From Terriglobia bacterium (GTDB taxonomy: Bacteria; Acidobacteriota; Terriglobia; Acidiferrales; UBA7541), in NCBI GenBank assembly GCA_963695545.1, contig OY968796.1, forward strand, positions 128,001 to 192,000: a DNA stretch of 64,000 bases, in the 5' to 3' direction. The position numbers and the translations under genes are program-made. Positions within the stretch are counted from its first letter, which is position 1; each line of letters begins with the position of its first letter. The notes under the pieces were generated by a model. That model was not told the origin of the DNA. It searched no databases and saw only the letters and a program-made list of their open reading frames with translations. Of this stretch, positions 47,535 to 57,230 are shown one piece after another.

Positions 47535-49043
47535 TCAAACGAAACCGTCGATCGCGGCGCGGGCCACGCGCGCTGCCGGTGCCGCGACGCCGGAGCCACA
47601 ATTGTCTGGCGCGGCCGGCGCGATTGGCTGCGCAATGCCGATTGAAACGAACTGCTCGCGCGCCGGTTCGGCGCAGCAATACCACGGCTCGTCGAAATGC
47701 GGGATCGCGGCGAGGGCGCCCGCCGGTAACTGCCATGCGGTAGCTTCGCCTGCAATACCGTCAGCTTCAGCGGCAGATTGCCAGATCGCCGCGAAGATTT
47801 GCGCGCGGCTCAATTTCGCCGCCTCGCCCCGCTCCACGATTTCCTGCACGCGTCGACCGAGCGCATCCACGCGCGGATCGCCATGGCGCCAAGGGTATGC
47901 GAGGCCCGCGCGATCGAACGGCTCGACGAGATCCTGCACTTCCGGCAATTCGAGCAACCGCGATCCGGCGGGAATCAATAGACGGATCGCTAGTTGAATC
48001 GGCGGAACGTTGGCCACGAAATCGCATTCCGCGATCACGCTCAGCAGATCGCGAAAGCCCGCGAGCGTCGTCCACGGCGTGAACGGAACGAAGGTCGGCT
48101 GAAGGATCAAACCCAGTTCGCGAAAGTTGTGCGCGACAGCCAAAAAATCCGCGCGCGTGTGGCCCTTGTCGAGACGCTCGAGAATCGCGTCGTCGACGGA
48201 TTCGACCGCGCTCGTAACGAACAGACAGCCCGTGTCGCGAAGCTCGGGCAAAAGATCGGCGTGGCGCAGCAAATGTTCGATCTTGATCGTCACGTCGTAC
48301 GTCACGCCCGGAAATTCGCGATGCATCGCGCGAACGATCGCGAGTCCATGCGTCGGCCCATTGAAAAAATCGGGATCGCCAAAAGTGATGTGCCGTGCGC
48401 CCGCGGCAACTTGTTGCCGCACGTCAGCAAGCACAATTTCGCGCGCAACAACGCGAAAAGTTCCGTTGTAGACCGGCACAATCGGGCAGTGCCGGCAGAG
48501 ATGTTTGCAGCCTCGGCTCGCTTCCGTGTATCCCGCGAGAATTTCTTCGCCGCTTGGCATTTGCAGCCGCGCATAAAGATCGAGCGCCGGCAATTCCTCG
48601 CGCCTCGGCACAAGAAAATCCTGTCGTGCGAGTGAAATCGTCGGCTCGGCTTGAGCGCCCGGCTCGCGACTCTCGCCGCGTTCAAGCCGATCGGCCAGAT
48701 CGGAGAGGCCCGTCTCAAATTCGCCGCCGAGAATTGTTTCGACGCCGAGTGCTTTAAGGAAATCCTGATTCATCGGCGCGTATAAGCCGTAGCAACAGAT
48801 GTTCGCGCGCGAATTCAGTCGCCGCACGCGCTCAATTTGTTCCGCCGCCAGCCGCGTCGCCGTGTGCATCGGCAAGTGAAATGCGACGAGATCCGCACCG
48901 CGAATTGCATCTTCGTCGAGCGCCTGCCGCGAACGATCGCGACACGCAACGTCGTGTCCGCGCGCGGCGAGCCACGCCGCCGGCGACGCCAAACCGAACG
49001 GCGGCCGACCGAGTTCGTACGTCGATATCAGAACGATTCGCAT
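47535..49043 (-). CDS. B12-binding radical SAM protein with CCAEP tail
   Basis: N-terminal cobalamin-binding-like domain, SRGCKHLCRHC, C-terminal EPWYCCAEP. Confidence 0.9.
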   Translation of the reverse strand: MRIVLISTYELGRPPFGLASPAAWLAARGHDVACRDRSRQALDEDAIRGADLVAFHLPMHTATRLAAEQIERVRRLNSRANICCYGLYAPMNQDFLKALGVETILGGEFETGLSDLADRLERGESREPGAQAEPTISLARQDFLVPRREELPALDLYARLQMPSGEEILAGYTEASRGCKHLCRHCPIVPVYNGTFRVVAREIVLADVRQQVAAGARHITFGDPDFFNGPTHGLAIVRAMHREFPGVTYDVTIKIEHLLRHADLLPELRDTGCLFVTSAVESVDDAILERLDKGHTRADFLAVAHNFRELGLILQPTFVPFTPWTTLAGFRDLLSVIAECDFVANVPPIQLAIRLLIPAGSRLLELPEVQDLVEPFDRAGLAYPWRHGDPRVDALGRRVQEIVERGEAAKLSRAQIFAAIWQSAAEADGIAGEATAWQLPAGALAAIPHFDEPWYCCAEPAREQFVSIGIAQPIAPAAPDNCGSGVAAPAARVARAAIDGFV

Positions 49044-49103
49044 CGCGTGGCTGGAGCTCGCCTCAGTTCGCCGTCGCAATCCATTGTAGTCCATCGCGGT
49101 GAG

Positions 49104-50048
49104 TCACTGTGGCACGCTCACAGGTTGGGGGAGCGACGGGAATGGCGGGCGGACGGAGACGGCGGTCGCGGTCGGAAAATCCGCGGGCACCGGAATCGTG
49201 ACGGGCCTGTGCGCCAGCCATTGAATCGCGCGCGGGATTAGCGTTTGCACGGCGGCGCAGCGCATGCTCACGGGTTGCACGTCGCCGGGCCAGATGTGGC
49301 CGTAGGTGGAAACGTAAACGCGGCCTTTACCGTAGCGTACGGTCCATTCAACCGGCCACAGCAATCCCTGGCCGGGTTTTGAATCGCGCGCGTAGGCGAG
49401 GACGCGTAAATTTTTCGCGGGGCCGCGCGTGTAGTAGTAAACCTCCATGTAGGGCGAGAGCCATTGGCGCGGCATTCCGGCGTGGATGGGATCTTCGCCC
49501 AGGCGCGTGACCAGCACGTCGCCGCGCGGGCCGTGATTCGTATCGCCGCCGACGCCCGGCGGGATGCGCACCATCTTTCCGTTCGCATCCATGCGAATCG
49601 AGGTTCCGTAGTCCGCTTTGCGCCACAACAGCGCGACCATCTTCTCGTATTCGGTCCAGCCGATGAAGGCGTTTTCGGCGCCGTGGAAAATGTAGACGCC
49701 GCCGCCATTGCGCACGAAATTCTCAAAATCTTTTTGCACCGGCTCGGGCCAAACATTCGGGTGGTGGTAATCGTTGCAATTTTGGATCACCACGTCGTAA
49801 TCGGAAAATTTCGGGCGCCAGGTGCCCCAGGCGGGATCGCCGGCTTTCGCCGGCGCTGTGCTCACGGAGACGTCGAATAAACCGGACGGCGCAAGGATCG
49901 CTTGAATCATCGCGGTGGTCTGCTGCCAATCGTGATTGTTGTATCCATCCACGATGAGCACTCGGATTTTCGGGGCGTCGGCTCGTGCGGGAGCCAGCGC
50001 GGCGAAGAACGCGATGACGAGGCAGATAATTAGCGAACGGCGATTCAT
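49104..50048 (-). CDS. secreted ThuA-like domain protein
   Basis: signal peptide, VLIVDGYNNHDW, FVRNGGG, YGKGRVY..GH. Confidence 0.85.
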   Translation of the reverse strand: MNRRSLIICLVIAFFAALAPARADAPKIRVLIVDGYNNHDWQQTTAMIQAILAPSGLFDVSVSTAPAKAGDPAWGTWRPKFSDYDVVIQNCNDYHHPNVWPEPVQKDFENFVRNGGGVYIFHGAENAFIGWTEYEKMVALLWRKADYGTSIRMDANGKMVRIPPGVGGDTNHGPRGDVLVTRLGEDPIHAGMPRQWLSPYMEVYYYTRGPAKNLRVLAYARDSKPGQGLLWPVEWTVRYGKGRVYVSTYGHIWPGDVQPVSMRCAAVQTLIPRAIQWLAHRPVTIPVPADFPTATAVSVRPPFPSLPQPVSVPQ

Positions 50049-50557
50049 TTTTTCTCCCGAGCGAGCAGCCGCTCGATTTGCTTCAGGTGATTGATATCGT
50101 GGCCGGCATTCAGACGCAGGATGTGCTCGATCGATTCCTGGCCGCGTTCGGCGTGCATGCCGTAGTGCTTCCACTGTTCGGGCGCGAGCGATTCGAGCAG
50201 CGCGAGATTCGCCTCGCGCACGGCGGTGAAATGCGCGAGCGATTTGCGCGCATCGCGCTTTTCGTAATGCAGCGCGGCGGCCCAGGCATCTTGATCGAAT
50301 GGTTGGATCGGTGTGCCGGGAGCGCCAAGAATCTGGCGGATGCGCCAGGCGGTGACGGTTTCGCAGTCGGCGAGGTGCGCGAGAATTTCCGCGACGGACC
50401 ATTTGCCCGGCGCGGGGCGCTTCCGCAATTTCGATGCGGCTTGGCCGCGGACAAGGCGCGCGATTTTTTTCGGCGTGGACGTTTGGACCTTCCAGGCATC
50501 CTGCCCTTCGACGTTTCCCAGAATGCGTTTGATGTAATCCTGCGGGTTTTCGGTCAT
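50045..50557 (-). CDS. DinB family protein
   Basis: GKWSVAEILAHL..GHDINHLKQI His triad. Confidence 0.88.
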   Translation of the reverse strand: MTENPQDYIKRILGNVEGQDAWKVQTSTPKKIARLVRGQAASKLRKRPAPGKWSVAEILAHLADCETVTAWRIRQILGAPGTPIQPFDQDAWAAALHYEKRDARKSLAHFTAVREANLALLESLAPEQWKHYGMHAERGQESIEHILRLNAGHDINHLKQIERLLAREKK

Positions 50558-50757
50558 AAGCTCGCTTCCCACGGAGATATCAATGCGACGAGCAAGCATC
50601 TTACAACGAAAGCCATCGCCGGCTCGAAACCGGAGATTCGCTTGAGGTGGTCGGCGTCGTGTGCTAGATTCCGGCCGCTGCGCTGACGCCGGAGCGCCGT
50701 TCTGGTGGGCGCGGGAAAAATCCCGCAATCTGATTCTCGATCTCGAGAGGTGCACTC

Positions 50758-51504
50758 ATGAAATCTCTTCGCAGTTCGGCCGCGCACATTCGCGCTGAGC
50801 GCTTCGATGGATTCGCGTTTGTGGCTGGCGTGCTCGCTCTTGCAATTGTTCTCGCGGCGACAGGTTGCGGGAAATCGCACGAAGAATCCACGTCCGCGCC
50901 CGCGGCGCCCGCGGCTCCAGCAGCACCGGCGGCACCTGCGGCTCCAAGCGGACCGGCGATGACTGCGGCCGCGCCGGCAGCCAACGGCGGCGCGGACACC
51001 ACGGCGAAACTCGCCGCCGCCGACTGGGCGATCAAGCAGGACTCGATCAAGAATGATCCCAACGGCCAGTGGGCCATCTCCGCCACTTCTTCCTCGAGCT
51101 ATAACGATGCGCAGGGCATGCAACCATGGTCCGCCAACCAAGCGACGGGCGCTCCGAACGTGGCGGCCTACGCCGACGATGGGAGTGCCTGGGCGCCAAA
51201 AACGCAGGACAGCGGCATCGAGTGGCTCGATCTGAAATATCCGAGACCCGTCCACGCGACGGACGTGCGCGTGCGCGAATCGTTCAATTCGGGGACGATT
51301 ATCAAGATCGAGCTGATCGATAGCGCCGGCACCGCGCACACCGTGTGGGCCGGAAACGATCCCACGACCGGGCTCAACTATATGCTGGTCACATTTCCGA
51401 AGACCGACTACAAAGCGGCGGAAGTGAAAATCACGCTTGCCACCAACATCGGTCCGGGATGGAAAGAAATCGACGCCGCCCAGTTGGTGGGGACCGACCA
51501 GTAG
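50758..51504 (+). CDS. lipoprotein with Ala/Pro linker and galactose-binding/discoidin-like domain
   Basis: lipobox ATGC, APAAPAAP repeats, QWAISATSSS..EWLDL..EIDAAQLVG. Confidence 0.75.
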   Translation: MKSLRSSAAHIRAERFDGFAFVAGVLALAIVLAATGCGKSHEESTSAPAAPAAPAAPAAPAAPSGPAMTAAAPAANGGADTTAKLAAADWAIKQDSIKNDPNGQWAISATSSSSYNDAQGMQPWSANQATGAPNVAAYADDGSAWAPKTQDSGIEWLDLKYPRPVHATDVRVRESFNSGTIIKIELIDSAGTAHTVWAGNDPTTGLNYMLVTFPKTDYKAAEVKITLATNIGPGWKEIDAAQLVGTDQ

Positions 51505-51575
51505 CCGATCCAGGGGAACTGTCACCGTTTCGAGGATTCGGGGATTGGCGTCGAGAGTGAGCATTCCCTCCGATC

Positions 51576-53723
51576 CTATCCGCGGAAATCTTTCCAGTTT
51601 GGCAGCGAAACGATCGCGGAATAATTTGACTGGTTGTACCAGGGATTTCGGATGGGCGCGTAAATTTTCGCGCCGGTGAATGGACGATCCTGCGTGTAAA
51701 TCCAAACGCTATTTTGATCCCACACGATCACTTCATCGCGCGCGTCGCCCGTGAGGTGAATGGGCTGGGCGCAGAGCGCGGGATGGCCGTCGTCGGGGAA
51801 CATCACGGCGCGTCGCAAGTGGCCATCGATCATGCCGCCATACTTCGCGTCGGCGGAGAGCAAGACGAATTCCTGGCCGTCGCCGCGCCAATTCACCGGC
51901 AGCATCTTGCTGCCGTTGTGAATGGGCTCGCCTTGTTCGAGGATGTTGCCCTGCCAATCGAGAAAGGTGACGATGCCGGGATTCCAGTGGAACGTAATCA
52001 GGGAATATTGCAAGCCGGGCAGATCGGGACGGAATTTTCCGACGCTCGAGCACTGGCCGTGTCCGAGCAGAATTTGTTTCAGCACATTGCCCTGATCGTC
52101 AAACATCAGAAAACCTTCGTCGCTCGCGGCGTAGTAGGCGCGCGGCTCAGTGCCTTCGACGCCGGAGAAATTTCCGACCGCGACGGAATCGGCGTGGTCC
52201 TGGTAATCGGTGTCGTGCGTCCAGAGGCGCTTGCCGGTGTGATCCCACAGCGAATAACCGATGGCGATGCGATCGTAGCCGCCAACGTCGTAAGGAAAAG
52301 GAAAATGGCCGGTTTGGCCGGTGCCTTCCCAGAGAAATTCGAGCTTGTTATTGAAAATCCAGAAATGCGAATAGCGATTTTTCACCAGAATGTCGCGGCG
52401 CGCGGGATCACCGGATACATTTACGAACGCGAGGCTATCGCCCCAGAGCAATTCGTAAGGGCGCAATTGCGAAGAGTAGATGTCGGGGCCGGGCGTTTTC
52501 GGCATCCAGACCCAGTGCAGGATTTCGCCAGTGCGGCCATCGAGAATTTGTAGTTTGAAATCGCGGATGGTGACAACTTCATTGCGGCCATCGCCATCCA
52601 CGTCATGAATCTGAACGGGATTGTCGTTGGTGAGCAGGCCGTTGCGCGGATCGGGGCGGCCGGATTGCCACAGGACTTTTCCATCGAGCGTTACGGCGGT
52701 GAGACAACTGATGGTGTCAAACGCGTCGGCAACAACGGTGGGGATATTTTGCACGATGAGCATTTCGGGAACGCCGTCGCCATCAAGGTCGCCAAAGCGC
52801 ACACTGCTGCCGGCGCCGAAACCCGGCGTATCGAATTTTTTCCAGAGACGCGGCTGCGGATTGGAATCGCGAAGCGCGGCGATATCACGATCGCGCGAGG
52901 CGATGCGCGTGTCCGCGGCGGCGCGTCCAACGGCAGTGACTTCGACGCGAAAATCCTCAAAGCGCGCAGGGATGTCGGCGCAGATTCCGACTTGGCCCAT
53001 CGGCAGCTTGTCGTTTGAAATCTCGAGAATTTTGTTACCGTCGATAAAGGCGCGGAGCTGCGAGCCTTGCGCTTCGACGCGGAGCTTGTAATAGCGTTCG
53101 ACGTAGTATGTGAAGGGCGCGGACGCGAGCGTTTCCCAATCGGCCAAGCGGAGTTTCGCCGCGATGGGATGCTGAACTGCGAATTGCGCGGTGTCGCCGC
53201 CGGCGAGCTGAAACGCGTAGTATTCGCGATTCGTGTGATAGCGGAACGCGAGGCCGGCGGTGCCGTCAAGCGCGAGCGGCTTGACCATGGCTTCGACGGC
53301 GTAATCGCCCCAATCGTCATCACCGGTGATCAGCACGGATTTCGCACCGACGCGCGGATGATCAATCTGCTGCTGCATGTAACTCGCGCCGTCTTCGCTC
53401 GAGACAAACCACGAATCGAGATCGGCGACGCCGTTGCTCCACGCGCCGTGCGGCCAGGCGCGCGCAGCGATCCAGTGATTTTCCTGAATCGCGGAATTGA
53501 GCTGGCCGAGCGGTTCGGTGAGCGAGCCAGCGGGCAACTTCGAGAAATCGTCGTGAAAAAGTTCGCTCCACGCGCCGCTATCCGCGGCGGGAGCGGGTGA
53601 CTGTGCGGAGTCTGCGGCGTTCGGCGCGGCACCGAACGCCCACGAGCGCGGCAACAGGGTGACGGCGGGCAGCGCGACGAGCGTGGACTTAAGCAAATGC
53701 CTTCTGGAGAATTTTTCGGACAT
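51576..53723 (-). CDS. Tat-exported protein: lectin-like beta-sandwich plus beta-propeller (rhamnogalacturonan lyase PL11-like)
   Basis: SRRHLL Tat motif; GDLDGDGVPE and HDVDGDGRNE Ca-binding repeats, DHAD, GHGQ..GKFRPDLPGLQ. Confidence 0.65.
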   Translation of the reverse strand: MSEKFSRRHLLKSTLVALPAVTLLPRSWAFGAAPNAADSAQSPAPAADSGAWSELFHDDFSKLPAGSLTEPLGQLNSAIQENHWIAARAWPHGAWSNGVADLDSWFVSSEDGASYMQQQIDHPRVGAKSVLITGDDDWGDYAVEAMVKPLALDGTAGLAFRYHTNREYYAFQLAGGDTAQFAVQHPIAAKLRLADWETLASAPFTYYVERYYKLRVEAQGSQLRAFIDGNKILEISNDKLPMGQVGICADIPARFEDFRVEVTAVGRAAADTRIASRDRDIAALRDSNPQPRLWKKFDTPGFGAGSSVRFGDLDGDGVPEMLIVQNIPTVVADAFDTISCLTAVTLDGKVLWQSGRPDPRNGLLTNDNPVQIHDVDGDGRNEVVTIRDFKLQILDGRTGEILHWVWMPKTPGPDIYSSQLRPYELLWGDSLAFVNVSGDPARRDILVKNRYSHFWIFNNKLEFLWEGTGQTGHFPFPYDVGGYDRIAIGYSLWDHTGKRLWTHDTDYQDHADSVAVGNFSGVEGTEPRAYYAASDEGFLMFDDQGNVLKQILLGHGQCSSVGKFRPDLPGLQYSLITFHWNPGIVTFLDWQGNILEQGEPIHNGSKMLPVNWRGDGQEFVLLSADAKYGGMIDGHLRRAVMFPDDGHPALCAQPIHLTGDARDEVIVWDQNSVWIYTQDRPFTGAKIYAPIRNPWYNQSNYSAIVSLPNWKDFRG

Positions 53724-53901
53724 CGGAACTCCCTCGGGCCCCTCCCAAGGCCCGCGCGATTCGTTTCGATGCAGGATGTTAGTTGGATTCGCATTCGATG
53801 GCAACCCCGCCCGATAAAGATGCGCAGAGACGGACTGCGTGCCGCGCGCGATTGCGATATGATTGTGTGTTCAAGACACGCCTCGAAAGGAACGCGACGA
53901 C

Positions 53902-56571
53902 ATGGCACTCGCCCGCAAGAATTCATTCGGCACTCGGGAAACGCTGAAGGTGGATGGGCGCGAGTACGACATTTTCGCGCTCGATGCGCTTGAGAAAAAA
54001 GGCGTGGGCAAGGTTTCGGGGCTGCCATTTTCGCTGAAGGTGCTGCTGGAGAATTTGCTGCGGCAAGAGGATGGGCGCTTCGTGAAGCGGGCGGAGATCG
54101 AAGCGCTGGCGGCATGGGCGCCGGGAACGACAGCGCGCACGGAGATTGCGTTCATGCCGGCGCGCGTGCTGCTGCAGGATTTCACGGGCGTGCCGGCGGT
54201 GGCGGATTTGGCGGCGATGCGCGACGCCATGGCGAAATTGGGCGGCGACGCGACGAAGATCAATCCCCTGCTGCCGGCGGAGCTGGTTATCGACCATTCG
54301 GTGCAGGTGGATAAATTCAATTCAGGCATGGCGTTCGCTTTCAACGCCGAACTGGAATTTCAGCGCAACGTGGAACGCTACGGATTTCTGCGCTGGGGAC
54401 AGCGCGCGTTTTCCAACTTTCAGGTGGTGCCGCCGGACACGGGAATTTGCCATCAGGTGAATCTGGAATATTTGGCGCACGTGGTGTTCAACCTTGCGGA
54501 AGATGGGCGCACGCTCGCGTATCCGGATTCGCTGGTGGGCACGGATTCGCACACCACGATGGTGAATGGGCTGGGCGTGTTTGGCTGGGGCGTGGGCGGG
54601 ATCGAAGCCGAGGCGGCGATGCTGGGGCAGCCGCTCTCGATGCTGATTCCGGAAGTCGTCGGCTTCAAGTTGCATGGGCGGTTGGCGCCAGGCTCGACGG
54701 CGACGGATTTGGTGCTGATCGTCACGGAAATGTTGCGCAAGCTCGGCGTGGTGAACAAATTTGTGGAATTTTACGGCACGGGGCTTTCGAGCTTGAGTCT
54801 GCCGGATCGCGCGACGATCGCGAACATGGCTCCGGAATATGGCGCGACGATGGGATTTTTCCCCGTGGACGCGGAGACGCTGGCATATTTGCGATTTACG
54901 GGGCGCGACGCGCATCGCGTGCGACTGGTCGAAGAGTACGCGAAGCGGCAAGGGATTTTCCGCACGGACGCGACACCCGATCCGGCGTATTCGCAGACGA
55001 TCGAGCTCGATCTGGCGAGCGTGGAAGCGGCGCTGGCGGGTCCGAAGCGGCCGCAGGATCGCGTGCTGCTGCGCAACGCGAAGACCGCGTTTGCCACGGC
55101 GATGGAAGGCGTGGCGCCGAAGCGCGCCGAAGTGCAGAACAATGGCGATCATTTCGAGCTCTCGAACGGATCGATTGTGATCGCGGCGATCACCAGCTGC
55201 ACGAATACGTCGAATCCGTCGCTGATGCTCGGCGCGGGATTGCTGGCGAAAAAAGCGATCGAACACGGATTGCACCGAAAACCCTGGGTGAAGACGAGTT
55301 TGGCGCCCGGGTCCAAGGTGGTGACGGATTATCTCGATGCCGCGGGGCTCACGCCATATCTCGATCAACTGGGATTTCAATTGGTGGGATTTGGGTGCAC
55401 AACGTGTATCGGGAATAGCGGTCCGCTGCCGGAGCCGATCGGCGCGGCGATCAAGGAAACGGGATTGGTGGCGGTTTCGGTGCTGAGCGGAAATCGCAAT
55501 TTTGAAGGGCGCATTCATCCGCTGGTGCGCGCGAATTATCTGGCCTCGCCGCTGCTGGTGGTGGCTTACGCGCTCGCAGGGCGCATGGACGTGGACATCG
55601 CGAGCGACGCGATCGGCGAGGATCGCGAGGGGAAACCGGTTTATTTGCGCGACATCTGGCCTTCGCCGGTGGAGATCGAAGAGACGGTGCGCGCGGCGGT
55701 GAAAACGCAGATGTACTCGAAAGAGTACGGCGAAGTGTTCAGGGGCGACGATCGATGGCGCTCGTTGCCGGTGCCGGAAGGAAATCTGTACGACTGGAAC
55801 GCGCAATCCACTTACATCGCGCGGCCGCCGTTCTTCGACGGCATGCCGCGCGCGCCCGAAGCGCCGGCGGACATTCGCAACGCGAGAGTGCTGGCGCTGC
55901 TGGGCAACAGCGTGACGACCGATCACATTTCGCCGGCCGGCTCGATTCAACCGGACGGGCCGGCGGGACGCTATTTGATTTCGCGCGGCGTGCGGCCGGT
56001 GGATTTCAATTCCTACGGAGCGCGGCGCGGGAATCACGAAGTGATGGTGCGGGGCACGTTCGCGAATATTCGATTGCGGAATCAGCTTGCGCCGGGGACC
56101 GAAGGCGGCGTGACGGTGCATCTGCCGGACGGCGAAGCGATGAGTATTTACGACGCGGCAATGCGCTACGCGAAAGAAGGCGTGCCACTGGTGGTGATCG
56201 CGGGCAAGGAGTACGGAGCGGGATCTTCGCGTGACTGGGCGGCCAAGGGGCCGCTGCTGCTGGGCGTGCGCGCGGTGATCGCGGAAAGCTACGAGCGCAT
56301 TCATCGCAGCAATCTTGTGGGCATGGGCGTGCTGCCGCTGGAATTTGAGCCGGGGCAAACGCCGGCGTCGCTGGGACTGACGGGACAAGAGACATATTCG
56401 ATCGAAGGAATCGGCGGACTTTCGCCGCGCAAGAAACTTACAGTGCACGCGCGGGACGATTCGGGCAAGACCATCACGTTTCAAACCATCGCGCGCGCGG
56501 ATACACCCGAGGAAGTTTCCTACTACCAGCACGGCGGGATTCTGCGCTACGTGCTGCGGCAGATGCTGTAG
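53902..56571 (+). CDS. acnA: aconitate hydratase A
   Basis: [60 protein letters not shown]. Confidence 0.98.
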   Translation: MALARKNSFGTRETLKVDGREYDIFALDALEKKGVGKVSGLPFSLKVLLENLLRQEDGRFVKRAEIEALAAWAPGTTARTEIAFMPARVLLQDFTGVPAVADLAAMRDAMAKLGGDATKINPLLPAELVIDHSVQVDKFNSGMAFAFNAELEFQRNVERYGFLRWGQRAFSNFQVVPPDTGICHQVNLEYLAHVVFNLAEDGRTLAYPDSLVGTDSHTTMVNGLGVFGWGVGGIEAEAAMLGQPLSMLIPEVVGFKLHGRLAPGSTATDLVLIVTEMLRKLGVVNKFVEFYGTGLSSLSLPDRATIANMAPEYGATMGFFPVDAETLAYLRFTGRDAHRVRLVEEYAKRQGIFRTDATPDPAYSQTIELDLASVEAALAGPKRPQDRVLLRNAKTAFATAMEGVAPKRAEVQNNGDHFELSNGSIVIAAITSCTNTSNPSLMLGAGLLAKKAIEHGLHRKPWVKTSLAPGSKVVTDYLDAAGLTPYLDQLGFQLVGFGCTTCIGNSGPLPEPIGAAIKETGLVAVSVLSGNRNFEGRIHPLVRANYLASPLLVVAYALAGRMDVDIASDAIGEDREGKPVYLRDIWPSPVEIEETVRAAVKTQMYSKEYGEVFRGDDRWRSLPVPEGNLYDWNAQSTYIARPPFFDGMPRAPEAPADIRNARVLALLGNSVTTDHISPAGSIQPDGPAGRYLISRGVRPVDFNSYGARRGNHEVMVRGTFANIRLRNQLAPGTEGGVTVHLPDGEAMSIYDAAMRYAKEGVPLVVIAGKEYGAGSSRDWAAKGPLLLGVRAVIAESYERIHRSNLVGMGVLPLEFEPGQTPASLGLTGQETYSIEGIGGLSPRKKLTVHARDDSGKTITFQTIARADTPEEVSYYQHGGILRYVLRQML

Positions 56572-56634
56572 AGCGTAGCTTCGCGCGCTGGAAATCACTT
56601 CGGACCTCCAAATTCCGCTGCCAGATTGTCTGCA

Positions 56635-57060
56635 GGATAATTTGCTGATTTTAAGGGACTTCGTCGCTGTCTTCGGCATTGCCACGCGCAGTGGATGCGG
56701 ATGGGGGAGGGGGTACCCCGGGTACCCAGTTTGTAAGTTTATGTAGATACAAGGCTTGCGGGAAATGTGTGCACGAGGAGTGTGGAATGTGCTGAAAATA
56801 AGCGAGTTATCAAATCCTCTTTGTGCCTTATTTTCAATGAGTTGCGCACTGCTTGGGAGGCGTGCGGATATTACTGATAACAAGGGAGTTGTTGGAACGT
56901 TTTGGTTCGGATTCCGGGGCGAGGCGGAGGCAGGCGGAAGACGGAGCGACGGCGGGAAAAGTGGGGTCGGCGACCAATTCGAATTGATTGCGGCGAACAC
57001 GCAGAAGAGTATCACAAATGAATTCAAGTGTCAACTACTAAATAAGTATTCGAAACAACA
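56635..57060 (-). repeat. dispersed intergenic element copy 3
   Basis: TTCGAA 57049-57054; minus-strand TTGACA (57034-57029), 17 bp, TACTCT; related sites at 56637, 56733, 56785, 56833, 56867; GGGGGAGGGGGTACCCCGGGTACCC at 56703. Confidence 0.7.
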
Positions 57061-57230
57061 TTCTCAAGGTGGCGACGCGAGGCTGGGCGAGCTCCGCGCC
57101 CAACCGTTCGCGTAAGAACATTCGGGGCGCAAGGGACGCGGAGATTGGCGTGCGGGGCGTCGCTATTTGAGCATGATCTAAGTGGCGGGGTGTTGACTGG
57201 CGCGGGCAAATTCGACAGAATGCGCGGCAA

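Noticed and set aside
47665..47690. possible selenocysteine recoding in the radical SAM tail
   Set aside because: Both residues are TGC Cys codons; there is no in-frame TGA.
54322..57027. 901-aa minus-strand ORF
   Set aside because: Antisense shadow of acnA caused by GC-rich codon bias; no recognisable domains.
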